From: Candidatus Hydrogenedentota bacterium
Lineage (GTDB): Bacteria > Hydrogenedentota > Hydrogenedentia > Hydrogenedentales > SLHB01
Direction: 5' to 3'
DNA: 64,000 bases
Assembly (NCBI GenBank): GCA_963674865.2
Contig: CAXXYE010000011.1
Coordinates: 96,001 to 160,000, forward strand
Shown here: positions 29,690-39,034 of the stretch, in pieces
Layout: each line of letters opens with the position of its first letter
Position numbering within the stretch: position 1 is the first letter of the stretch
Translations under genes and position numbers: made by a program
Notes under the pieces: generated by a model
The model's database searches: none
What the model saw: the letters and a program-made list of their open reading frames with translations, nothing else
Told to the model about the DNA's origin: nothing

Positions 29690-30679
29690 TCAGGGTTCGG
29701 CGGCTTCCGACGAACGTTCCATGAACGTCATCCCGAGAATCGTTATCCCCACGCCGAGTACCAGAAACCAGCTCGGCGGCTCGCCGAACAAGAGCAGCCC
29801 GGCCACGGCACACATGGCCACTTGCGACGCGTTGATCAAATTCACCCGGATCACGGCCGTCGTTTGCAGCCCCCGGGCCAACGCCAGGTAGGCTACCAAA
29901 TTGAAGAAGCCTGCCGCCAGCATAAAGCCCAAGTCGTCGGGGCGAGTCTCAAGCAGTTTGGGCGTTCCCAAGCGGTAGACGCTGAGGGCGCCCATCGCGA
30001 TCATGCCCACCGACGTGGTCACGAACACCACCCATGTCGGCGGAACGGCGGTCGAGACGGCGCGGCGGATCCCGGTCGAGAGCATGGCGTAGCAGACGCC
30101 CGACAGACAGGCGGCCCCGATTCCAAGCGCAACCCAAACCGGGCCGACCATGGCTTGGACTTCGTCGCCGACGGATTGATTCGCCGCCCCAGCCCCCAGA
30201 CCCAACAAGACCATGGCACCGATCAAGAGCCCAATTGCCCCCACCGAGCGTCCGGATACGCGCTCGCCCAGCACGATTCGGCCCAGCACGGCACTGGCAA
30301 CCAGGATGAAGCCGAACACGGTTGGAATCGTGATCGTCAACCCCAGGGTGGCGAAGGCGAATTGGAGGTTGAGATTGCCGCCGAATTGGCCGATCAGACC
30401 GAGCAGAATCAGGAACGCCAACGCTTTTAGGGGGAGGACCATTGTCCGTCCCCTGGCAGTCCGCCAGAGCAGCCAGGGACCGACCAGGACGACCGCTACC
30501 GAAGCCTTCACGCAAGTAACCCAAACGGCGTCGCAATCGACGGCCAATCGGCGCAGGCAGATATTGGCCGCGGTATAGCCGAGTGCGGAGACCAAACAAC
30601 AGGTAGTTCCCAGGAGAGCCGGAGCCAGACGCGGCGTCGCGGTAGGGAGATCGGGGGCAGAAGTCGTCACCCCGTCCAT
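29690..30679 (-). CDS. DMT/EamA family transporter
   Basis: About ten hydrophobic helices in two repeats ending LGERV and FGEPP. Confidence 0.85.
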   Translation of the reverse strand: MDGVTTSAPDLPTATPRLAPALLGTTCCLVSALGYTAANICLRRLAVDCDAVWVTCVKASVAVVLVGPWLLWRTARGRTMVLPLKALAFLILLGLIGQFGGNLNLQFAFATLGLTITIPTVFGFILVASAVLGRIVLGERVSGRSVGAIGLLIGAMVLLGLGAGAANQSVGDEVQAMVGPVWVALGIGAACLSGVCYAMLSTGIRRAVSTAVPPTWVVFVTTSVGMIAMGALSVYRLGTPKLLETRPDDLGFMLAAGFFNLVAYLALARGLQTTAVIRVNLINASQVAMCAVAGLLLFGEPPSWFLVLGVGITILGMTFMERSSEAAEP

Positions 30680-30780
30680 TGTATAGGCAGGCCCGCCCGT
30701 TGGCAACGAGCAGCAATTGGCAGTCGTCAAACCATGTTCCGCCTGCCGTCAACGGCCCGCTGAAAAACGAACGTGCGAAC

Positions 30781-30853
30781 GTGCCACTGTCTTGCCTGCA
30801 AACAGTGCGATTGTTTCCCGGCAGAAGCACGGCTAACAAGTAAGCCGTGGCAC
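30781..30853. repeat. REP-like inverted pair
   Basis: GTGCCACTGT..ACAGTGC ... GCACGGCT..AGCCGTGGCAC. Confidence 0.6.
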
Positions 30854-31074
30854 ACATAACAGGCAAGCTGCTAACGGCCCGCTTGCGTCAAGCGCGCGAA
30901 GCATCCCCTCATACCGGGGGTCAACGTCGGGTTCACCCCCATCTTGTGGAAAGCCCAGACCGTTCAGGCTATCATGATGACAGACAAAGACACCCCTGTC
31001 GCTTGGTGCAGTTGCTCGCTTTCGCTTTCTGCGAGGGCGATCTCTTGAGAGTACTATCCGGAGAAATCGTCCCC

Positions 31075-32811
31075 ATGACTTCCACGATCGCTCGTCACTC
31101 GACGCGAACTCTGCTCGCCGCGGTCCTTGGTACGTTTGTTCTCGCGACTGCCGCACACGCCGCTCAACCGGCCGTCGAAGGGTACGCCGACTATGCCGCG
31201 TACCAGGTGGCCGTCAAGTCGATCGCCAAGAGCAAGCTGGCCACGCTCGATTCGTTGGGCACAACCGAGGGCGGCCGCGACGTCTTCCTGTTGACCATCG
31301 GCACGGGCAAGACCGACGAGAAACCGGCCCTCTTGATCGTGGGCAACGTACACGCGCCGCACCTGCTCGGCAGCGAACTGGCCACCCGGCTTGCCAAGCG
31401 AATCGTCGACGAGGCGTCCAAGGATGCCGAGGCCCGCAAGCTGCTCGACCGGGTTACCATCTACGTCATCCCCCGTCCCGCGCCCGACGCCTCCGAAGCG
31501 TTCTTCCAGAGGCCGCTGGCCGAACGCTCCGTCAACCAGCGACCCGTCGACGACGATGGCGATGGGCAGGTCGACGAAGACGGACCCGACGATCTCAACG
31601 GCGACGGGCTGATCACCATGATCCGGGTGGCAGACACCGGCGGACGGTACATCGCACACCCGGATGACGAGCGCGTTATGATCGAGGCCGACCGCGAGAA
31701 GCACGAAGCCGGCCGCTGGACCCTTTACGTCGAAGGCCGCGACAACGACCGGGATGAGAAGTCCAATGAGGACCCTCCCGGCGGCGTAGATTTCAATCGC
31801 AACTTCACCTTCGCCTATTCATACTTCGGTGCCGGCGCCGGGCCGCATCAGGTCTCGGAAGTTGAAAGCCGAGCGGTGGCCGATTTCGCCTTCTCGCATC
31901 CCAACATTGCGGCCGTGCTGTCTTTCTCGCCCGAAGACAACTTGATGGAGGTCCCGAAAGCGGACGAGTCGGCCGAGGAAGAGAAGATCAAGACTACTTT
32001 GCTTGCGGACGACGTCCCGACGATGGACTTGGTGGCCGAAAAGTACCGTCAGATTCTGGAGGCGGAAGATGCCCCCGAGTCTCTCGACGGCAAGGGGTCG
32101 TTCAGCGATTGGGCCTATTTCCATTACGGCCGCTGGTCGCTAGCCTGTCGCGGATGGTGGATTCCGAAAGTCGAGACGGAGGAAGAGGACGACGAGGAAG
32201 GTGATGAACACGACGAAGACGCTGAAGAGTCCAATGAAGACGAGCGAGGCGTCGACGAACTGGACGCCCTGATCTGGTTCGACGAAGAGGGCATCGATGG
32301 TTTCGTCGACTGGACGCCGATCAAGCATCCCGACTTCCCCGACCGGAAGGTGGAGGTGGGCGGGTTCAAGCCGTTCCTGCGAACCAACCCGCCGGCCGAC
32401 CAGCTTGAGCCGCTGGCCGAGAAACACTGCCGTTTCGTCCGCGAGTTGGCCGAGATGTTCCCTCGGCTGGAGATAGCTGAACTGAAAGCCGAACCGCTGG
32501 GGGACGGGGTATGGCGAGTAACGGCCGCCGCGGTCAACCGGGGCCGGCTGCCCACCATGTCGCAAATGGGACGCACCAGTCGTCAGTTGCAGGGGCTGCA
32601 AATGCAGATCACTCTGCCCCGCGGCGCCGCGCTGGTGACCGGTTACCCCCGGGTCGGCATATCGGCCCTGGCCCCCGACGGTGGTCGCCAGGAGAAGAGT
32701 TGGCTGGTCACGGCGCCGCCGGGAAAACCAACCTCGGTCAGCGTCCGCGTCTGGAGCCCGTTGGCGGGCTCGCACGCCAAGTCGATCAGGCTCGAACGGC
32801 CCAAAAAGTAA
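31075..32811 (+). CDS. M14 metallocarboxypeptidase homolog, probably catalytically inactive
   Basis: M14 scaffold (GRDVFLLTI, GVDFNRNF) with DxDGDG loops; Zn and catalytic positions altered. Confidence 0.75.
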   Translation: MTSTIARHSTRTLLAAVLGTFVLATAAHAAQPAVEGYADYAAYQVAVKSIAKSKLATLDSLGTTEGGRDVFLLTIGTGKTDEKPALLIVGNVHAPHLLGSELATRLAKRIVDEASKDAEARKLLDRVTIYVIPRPAPDASEAFFQRPLAERSVNQRPVDDDGDGQVDEDGPDDLNGDGLITMIRVADTGGRYIAHPDDERVMIEADREKHEAGRWTLYVEGRDNDRDEKSNEDPPGGVDFNRNFTFAYSYFGAGAGPHQVSEVESRAVADFAFSHPNIAAVLSFSPEDNLMEVPKADESAEEEKIKTTLLADDVPTMDLVAEKYRQILEAEDAPESLDGKGSFSDWAYFHYGRWSLACRGWWIPKVETEEEDDEEGDEHDEDAEESNEDERGVDELDALIWFDEEGIDGFVDWTPIKHPDFPDRKVEVGGFKPFLRTNPPADQLEPLAEKHCRFVRELAEMFPRLEIAELKAEPLGDGVWRVTAAAVNRGRLPTMSQMGRTSRQLQGLQMQITLPRGAALVTGYPRVGISALAPDGGRQEKSWLVTAPPGKPTSVSVRVWSPLAGSHAKSIRLERPKK

Positions 32812-32830
32812 CTGCACGCCGTCATCCGGC

Positions 32831-34612
32831 ATGAAACAGCATGGAGAGTATCCCGTGAGAATCCGTCCCATACACTCGTCTCGTTTGGCGGTGGCGGTCG
32901 CGCTTGTCCTGGCTAGTGCAACCCTCGGTCTGGCTGGGGAGCAAGCGCCCTATCAGCCGATGGGTGCTCCCGCCGATCCCAAGGTGGCCGTCCATTGGAA
33001 CCGCTATCACGACTATGCCGAGGTCACCCAGATCTTGAACCAGTTGGTCAAGGCCCATCCGGATCGGGCTCGGCTGGAAAGCCTGGGCGAGTCGTTTGGC
33101 GGTCGGCAGATGTGGCTCCTGACCGTCACCAATTCCAAGACCGGCAACGACCGCGCCAAGCCCGCCTTCTGGATCGACGGGGCCATCCATGCCAACGAGA
33201 TCCAAGGCGTGCAGGTCTCGCTCTACACGGCCTGGTATCTCTTGGAGATGTACGGCCGCACCCCGTTCATCACGCGGCTGGTGGACGATCGGGCCTTCTA
33301 TTTCCTACCGATGATGAGTCCCGATTCGCGCGACGCCCACATGTACGAGCCCAACACCAGCAGTTCGCCTCGCAGCGGGCAGGTGCCGGTCGACGACGAC
33401 AAGGACGGCCTGGTCAACGAAGACGGGCCCGACGACCTCGATCGCGACGGCCAGATCACCCAAATGCGGATCCGCGACCCCAACGGCCGCTACAAACCGC
33501 ATCCCGACTACCCCAATCTGATGATCGCCGTCAAGCCCAACGAACGGGGCGAGTATCGGCTTCTCGGCTCCGAAGGCTTTGACAATGACGGCGACGGCCG
33601 GGTCAACGAGGACGGCGACGGCTTCTACGACCCCAACCGCGACTGGCCCATCCAATGGCAGCCACGCTACGTCCAATACGGCGCACACCGGTATCCCTTC
33701 TCCCTGATGGAGAACCGTCACGTGGGCGATTTCGTCCTCGATCATGCCAACATCGCGGGCGCCCAGTCGTATCACAATACGGGCGGGATGATCCTCCGCG
33801 GTCCGGCCAACCCGGTCGACCCCGAGTACAGCAACTCGGACAAGGCCGTTTACGACGCCATCGCCGCCAAGGGCGAACTGATGCTGCCCTACTACGACTA
33901 CAAAATCTGCTCCACCGGTCTGTATCCGGTCTACGGCGGCGCCTTCGATTGGTTCCACGGGATGCGGGGGATCTTCGCCTTCAGCAACGAACTCTTCACT
34001 CCGGAGAACTACTTTCGCCGCACGGTCCCTAGCAGGTCCGAAGAGGTTGAGCAGTTCGACAAATACCTCCTCTTCGGCCAGGGCACGGTTCCCTGGAAGG
34101 AAGTCAACCATCCACAATACGGCAAGGTGGAAGTGGGCGGCAAGACCAAGCAGTGGGGACGGCAGCCGCCCTCGTTCCTCTTGGAGGAAGAGTGCCACCG
34201 CAATATGGCCTTCACCCTCTATCACGCCGACCAGATGCCCCAGGTGGCCATCCAATCGGCCGAGGCAAAGCCCCTGCCTGGCGGGCTGATCCAGGTGACC
34301 GCCGCCGTGATCAACCAGAAGCTCACGCCCACGCATTCCTCGGCCGACGTCAAGAACCACATCACCCCGCCGGATCTGGTCTCCGTCGCCGGCAAGGACC
34401 TCACGGTCGTGGTCGGCCTGCGCGACGACGACCCGTTCTTCCAGAATGCCAAAGAGCAGAAACACCACCCGGGCCAACTTCGCGTGCCCACCATTGGGGG
34501 CATGGGTGCCGTTCACGTCCGCTGGCTAGTGAAGGGTAACGGACCGTTTACGGTCTCCGTCCGTTCAATCAAGGGCGGCAGCGCTAATCGACGAGTGGAC
34601 GTGACAAAGTAG
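32831..34612 (+). CDS. M14 zinc carboxypeptidase
   Basis: IDGAIHANE, DPNRDW, QSYHN and FSNEL motifs; DxDxDG loops; start could also be GTG 32855. Confidence 0.85.
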   Translation: MKQHGEYPVRIRPIHSSRLAVAVALVLASATLGLAGEQAPYQPMGAPADPKVAVHWNRYHDYAEVTQILNQLVKAHPDRARLESLGESFGGRQMWLLTVTNSKTGNDRAKPAFWIDGAIHANEIQGVQVSLYTAWYLLEMYGRTPFITRLVDDRAFYFLPMMSPDSRDAHMYEPNTSSSPRSGQVPVDDDKDGLVNEDGPDDLDRDGQITQMRIRDPNGRYKPHPDYPNLMIAVKPNERGEYRLLGSEGFDNDGDGRVNEDGDGFYDPNRDWPIQWQPRYVQYGAHRYPFSLMENRHVGDFVLDHANIAGAQSYHNTGGMILRGPANPVDPEYSNSDKAVYDAIAAKGELMLPYYDYKICSTGLYPVYGGAFDWFHGMRGIFAFSNELFTPENYFRRTVPSRSEEVEQFDKYLLFGQGTVPWKEVNHPQYGKVEVGGKTKQWGRQPPSFLLEEECHRNMAFTLYHADQMPQVAIQSAEAKPLPGGLIQVTAAVINQKLTPTHSSADVKNHITPPDLVSVAGKDLTVVVGLRDDDPFFQNAKEQKHHPGQLRVPTIGGMGAVHVRWLVKGNGPFTVSVRSIKGGSANRRVDVTK

Positions 34613-34616
34613 CAAA

Positions 34617-34684
34617 GCAGGGTGACACGCACCATGTAGATTACCCAGTTCAACCGCCAATTGGTGCGTTGGCACGCACCCTAC
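34617..34684. repeat. GTAG-type REP with degenerate partner
   Basis: Minus strand GTAG-GGTGCGTGCCAACGCACC (34663-34684); degenerate GCAGGGTGACACGCACC at 34617; lies between convergent genes. Confidence 0.7.
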
Positions 34685-34689
34685 TCGCC

Positions 34690-35604
34690 TCAACGCTTCG
34701 GCTGCACCTTCTCCGTTTTGCCCGCGGTCTCCAGCCAGAAGTCCACGGCCGAGATACTCTCCAAATCGACCGGGGAGCCCTTGGTGGTGACGAAGATGCC
34801 GTACTCCCGGACCACAAAACGAACTTCGGGGCAAGCGTCCTCGATTGCCTGGATGGCCGCGACCAGCGGGACCTCGGGCAAAGATAGGGTTACGACGTTC
34901 TCTTGTCCACATTCGATGTCGACCAACATTTCGCCCATGGTCACCCTATCCTTGAAGTAGTCAACCACGTAAGCAAGCGGTTCTTCGAGAAAGTCTAGTT
35001 CGACCGGCTTGGCCAGTGCTTCCCGGATCTTCTCCGCCATCGGGCCCTGGGGAATCCGGTGAACCGGCGAACGCGGTTCGGTCGCGACCGTGCCGGAGGG
35101 ACTCTCGGCCGAATCCGCGAGCAACTGTCGGATCTCCGCTTCCAAGGCCGCCAGCTTTGCCTGGGCTTCGATGGCCGGCCCGGCAGGTGCCGCCTTGCTC
35201 CGATAAAGCGCGTCGGCTTCCTCAAAGACATGGGTCGCCCAGGACCAGTTGTTCCAAAGCTCAATCTGCTCGCGGGCCACCTCGAATCGGGTCATTTTCA
35301 ACTCCGCCTCCGCCAATTGAACCTTCGACCTCGCCGCCACAATCCGGGGATGCCCCGTCAGCGTGCGGGCCAGCAGTTGTTCCAGGCTGGGGATCGGTTG
35401 CTTATCCGCGGTGGCCGGTGCAGTAGGCTTCGTCGGCTGCTTGGCCGCCGCAGCGCGGGCGGCCGGGGCTACACTGGCCGGCTGTACAGGCTCGCCGAAC
35501 GGGTCTTGCGCGACGGCCCAGCTTCCGCAGATCAGCATTCCAGTCAGCGCTACCGGGATCAGCCTCGGCGTAAGGGCGGCAAGGTCAACTTTCGCGATTG
35601 TCAT
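34690..35604 (-). CDS. Secreted hypothetical protein (coiled coil plus STN-like C-terminal domain)
   Basis: Signal peptide, QDPFG, and IREALAKPVELDF..PL..V pattern; overlaps the stop of the upstream gene. Confidence 0.6.
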   Translation of the reverse strand: MTIAKVDLAALTPRLIPVALTGMLICGSWAVAQDPFGEPVQPASVAPAARAAAAKQPTKPTAPATADKQPIPSLEQLLARTLTGHPRIVAARSKVQLAEAELKMTRFEVAREQIELWNNWSWATHVFEEADALYRSKAAPAGPAIEAQAKLAALEAEIRQLLADSAESPSGTVATEPRSPVHRIPQGPMAEKIREALAKPVELDFLEEPLAYVVDYFKDRVTMGEMLVDIECGQENVVTLSLPEVPLVAAIQAIEDACPEVRFVVREYGIFVTTKGSPVDLESISAVDFWLETAGKTEKVQPKR

Positions 35605-36103
35605 GTTTGGCCTCCTCGATTCGAGCAAGTTTGATGGCCCTTAGAAGCCAGCTATCCTCATCCGAGAGAGTGGCCAACTCTTCCGGTGTGGCCCTGTCCA
35701 GGGCCTGGCCGTAACACCGAACCGCATGTGTCAGGTCTCCTTCTTCGTTCAGATAACGATCGCTGACGCGGCGAATGTTCGCGAAGTTAGCGGGAACCAA
35801 CGGGTAGTCCTTGACAATATCACGCTCGGCGGCCGACTTGCCTTGACGATCGACGGAATCAACCGCAACCCCTCCCCCACCCGGCTCCGCCGGAAGCTGC
35901 CAGAGCTGCGTGGTTGCGATCCCTGCCAGATAGCACCCCGCCAAAGCGACGGAAAAGACCGCCCGTCGCACCGTCCGCCGCCGCCGGACAACGCCCGTGG
36001 TCTGTCCCAGCAGGTTTCGCCGAAAACCATCATCGGGCACCGGCCGGCGGGCATCCAACAAGGCTTCAACAGAATCAGACTCCGGTCGATTGGTGGAAGA
36101 CAT
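35585..36103 (-). CDS. Putative membrane-anchored anti-sigma factor
   Basis: Directly downstream of the ECF sigma gene; basic RRRR stretch followed by one TM helix. Confidence 0.55.
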   Translation of the reverse strand: MSSTNRPESDSVEALLDARRPVPDDGFRRNLLGQTTGVVRRRRTVRRAVFSVALAGCYLAGIATTQLWQLPAEPGGGGVAVDSVDRQGKSAAERDIVKDYPLVPANFANIRRVSDRYLNEEGDLTHAVRCYGQALDRATPEELATLSDEDSWLLRAIKLARIEEAKHDNRES

Positions 36104-36160
36104 GTGAATCTCTCTTTCAATGGACGGGTCAAGGGAATCTGCAACATGCGTTGTCCGCAC

Positions 36161-36242
36161 ATACTAACCCGAAACGCCAGCGAGGGAGGTGCTTGCAAAA
36201 CTCCTGCGCATCGTGTTCCTCGCTCGCGCTTCGGGTTAGTGT
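36161..36242. repeat. REPIN-like inverted pair
   Basis: ATACTAACCCGAAACGCCAGCGAGGGA ... TTCCTCGCTCGCGCTTCGGGTTAGTGT. Confidence 0.85.
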
Positions 36243-36256
36243 TTGGCCATACCTTT

Positions 36257-36817
36257 CTACGTCTCCAGTTTCTCGTATTGCTCTCGAAAGCTCTGCCGGG
36301 CGCGGGTTAAGAGCGATTCTACCGCCTTCTCTGTCCGGCCCCACGACTCGGCAATCTCGGCCACCGCGTCACCGTCAAGGTACTTGGCTCGCAACACGGC
36401 CTCGTGGCGTTGGGGCAGGGCAGCCAAGGTGGCCGCGACGGCTTGGGCCCGCCGGTGTTCGATCCGCCGGGCCTCCGTCGAATCCGTTGCCGACGGCTCC
36501 TCGTCGAGCGGCTGCAATCGTCGAGCCGGCCGCCGGCGTCTAAAGTGGTTCCGCAGCACGTTGGCCGAGATGCCTCGCAGCCAGGCCAAAAAACTCCCTC
36601 GGCGGGGGTCGAATTTCCGCATCCTCCGCACGGCGGTCAGCCAGGTCTCCTGGACGACGTCCTCCGTCTGGTCCTTCATCCCCCCACATCGCCAATCGAC
36701 GTAAGCATAGAGATCGTCGTAGCTCTCCTCGTACCAGGTCTGCCATGCCCCAGCGTCACCGGCCAGCACGGCAGCGCGGAGCAGTCGGTCTCTCTGAGTT
36801 CGCTCGGCGGAGTCCAT
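36257..36817 (-). CDS. ECF RNA polymerase sigma factor
   Basis: EDVVQETW, FDPRRGSFLAWLRGI, and region 4 EIA..GRTEKAVESLLTRAR. Confidence 0.9.
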   Translation of the reverse strand: MDSAERTQRDRLLRAAVLAGDAGAWQTWYEESYDDLYAYVDWRCGGMKDQTEDVVQETWLTAVRRMRKFDPRRGSFLAWLRGISANVLRNHFRRRRPARRLQPLDEEPSATDSTEARRIEHRRAQAVAATLAALPQRHEAVLRAKYLDGDAVAEIAESWGRTEKAVESLLTRARQSFREQYEKLET

Positions 36818-37036
36818 CAAGCCCCCTGCTGGCCGGCGGTTGGATCTGCTACCAGTATATTGTCCGCCACAAGGAGAATCCTTCGCAAGTTTTTTGGGCG
36901 GGTGGTGCGTGGACTCCGGGCTGGACGGTCAGTCGATGGAAGAGATCCGGCTGAAGATGGCCGAGCAGATTGTCTCGCTGCGAGAAGCGCTGGAGATCGA
37001 GACAACCATTATGGACGCCCGATAGACGACTGCCCG

Positions 37037-38515
37037 TCAGTCCGCAACGGCGTAACTGAAGAGCTTGGCATTTTTCAGATGGAAACGCAGGCGTAGCGGC
37101 CCATCGCTTGGCAGTCGCTCATGCTCTTTCCATTGCACCGCATGCCGAACGGCGTCGGCTTCAAGCGGGATACAATCGGTCGAGTCGTAGCCGGGCAGCG
37201 GACGGCCTTCCGCGTCGAGGACCGCGACGTTTATTCGCCCGCCGGAGGCGTCGGCGTTGATCGTCAACCGATCGCCCGAGCACGCCAGCGGCACGGTTTC
37301 AATCACTCCCTCTTCCTCGCCCGCCGCCAGCGAGACGAACCCTTCGCGCCGCCATTTGGCAAGTGCGATTGTGATTCTCTTCTTGGGGACATACCCGCCG
37401 TGCGTGGTGGTGATGGCCGTGTAGTAGAACCAGATTTCGTCTCCAACCACAACCGGGAAGTTGCTCACTCCCAAGATGCAGCCGGCGTCGTAGACATGAG
37501 GACCGTTGGGGATTACCGCGGACCGGTCTTCCAGGCGATGCCAGACGCGACCGTCGCGACTGTGGACCAGTTGCACGTCGATGGGACCGTCGTGGGAACT
37601 CTGAAGCGGCCCTTTCTCCGGTGGTGGACCCGTGTAGCGAAAGTGGGTGACCAACCCCAGGAATTGCCCGCCGCAGGGGAATACCGACATATTGTAGAAC
37701 TGCGAAAACAGGCCACCCTCGGCTTGCACCCGTTGATCGTCGACCGTGTCGGGGGCCATCACCAACTCGGGCTCGGACCACTCCTGCATGTCCCGGCTGG
37801 TCGCCAGGTAGACCAGCCGCCGCTTTTGGCCGCGATGGGTACCGTAGCGCTTGTGAAACGCCAGATACTCCCCCGTCTTGGGATCCAGCGCCAAGGTGCA
37901 AGTGTCGCCGCTGGATAGCACGGGGTTCTTGGGGTACAACTCCCAACGGAGTCCGTCTGCCGAATGAGCCACGTGGTAGCCCCGGCCGGATGCTCGGCCG
38001 TATCCCAGCATGTTGTACCGCTTCGCCGGATCGGCCTCGCGCGGGTTGAATACCACACTGGGACTGTGGAACTGCGAGAAGACGATGTTATTGGCGGTGG
38101 AGCCCTCGAACTCGCGAAGCCCAAGCTCAGGCCGCGTCCATTTCAGCCCGTCGGGCGAAGTGGCGTAGAGCACCAAATCATTGCGGTTGTACCACAATCG
38201 GAACCGGCCGGTCGACTCGTCTCGAATCGCGCTACCGTAGACATAGATTCGTTGATCGTCACCTTTCCATTCCCAAGGCGTCTCCGGCACGATCACCGGC
38301 TTGGCGAGCTTCTGGCAGGCATGCACTTGCCTGACCACTCCACTCTTCCGGCCAATCAGCACGTCATCCACCAGCAACTGGAACTCCGTGCCGATCGATC
38401 GAACCGATCGCGGGGACGATCGTCCGGCCTCCACGTCGTGTTCGGCCGAAAACACGGGCGCCCAGCAAATACAAAGCAGGACGCCAAGAATCGCGGACGT
38501 TGGCAATCGGTTCAT
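37037..38515 (-). CDS. Secreted five-bladed beta-propeller glycoside hydrolase-like protein
   Basis: QLLVDD, ATSPDGLKW, HSADGLRW and HSRDGRVW Asp-box-like repeats; RREGFVSL; KLFSY terminus. Confidence 0.7.
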   Translation of the reverse strand: MNRLPTSAILGVLLCICWAPVFSAEHDVEAGRSSPRSVRSIGTEFQLLVDDVLIGRKSGVVRQVHACQKLAKPVIVPETPWEWKGDDQRIYVYGSAIRDESTGRFRLWYNRNDLVLYATSPDGLKWTRPELGLREFEGSTANNIVFSQFHSPSVVFNPREADPAKRYNMLGYGRASGRGYHVAHSADGLRWELYPKNPVLSSGDTCTLALDPKTGEYLAFHKRYGTHRGQKRRLVYLATSRDMQEWSEPELVMAPDTVDDQRVQAEGGLFSQFYNMSVFPCGGQFLGLVTHFRYTGPPPEKGPLQSSHDGPIDVQLVHSRDGRVWHRLEDRSAVIPNGPHVYDAGCILGVSNFPVVVGDEIWFYYTAITTTHGGYVPKKRITIALAKWRREGFVSLAAGEEEGVIETVPLACSGDRLTINADASGGRINVAVLDAEGRPLPGYDSTDCIPLEADAVRHAVQWKEHERLPSDGPLRLRFHLKNAKLFSYAVAD

Positions 38516-39034
38516 GATTTTCGGCTCCCTATGCTTCGTGGCCATTACAATCGCGAGAGAGTATCCTCGCGCACGTACATAGACTACGCGACCCACGAGC
38601 CAACCGCAAGCCAAGGCTCCGGACTGCAACTCCGCACCCCACGGTCGGGAACCCTGCTTGCAGACCCGGCCGGTTCCGCGATGCTGTGATGTTCACGGCC
38701 CGGAATTGATAGGGCATTAGATTGAGGTGCACGACCATGAGCGACTACATTTCTAAGGAGGAACCGCTCATACGGAATAGACGACACGCTGAATACCTCT
38801 GCTATTAGCGTCCATCAGTGTTCATTAGCGGTCAACCGCTTCAAGATCCGTGAACGGGCACCGAATTTCTGCACAACGATTTCGTCGTTCGACTGCCCGA
38901 GCGCAGGCTGTTAGGTGTTTAGGCTGATAGGTTCGTCCTCATGACCATACCAGCCGCGTAGAACTCCAGCACAGTGAAGCATCACATTCCACGGAGAATG
39001 GGGCAAGAAAGTCTACGCTCTGCGGACGAGGTCA

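Noticed and set aside
36840..37025. Small gene ending MEEIRLKMAEQIVSLREALEIETTIMDAR
   Set aside because: It looks helical but is very short, lacks a clear RBS and overlaps the sigma promoter region; unsupported without homologs.
38530..39030. ncRNA or riboswitch upstream of the propeller hydrolase
   Set aside because: Only short hairpins and degenerate short-unit repeats (ATTAGCGTCCATCAGTGTTCATTAGCG; TTAGGTGTTTAGGCTGATAGG); no recognisable motif.
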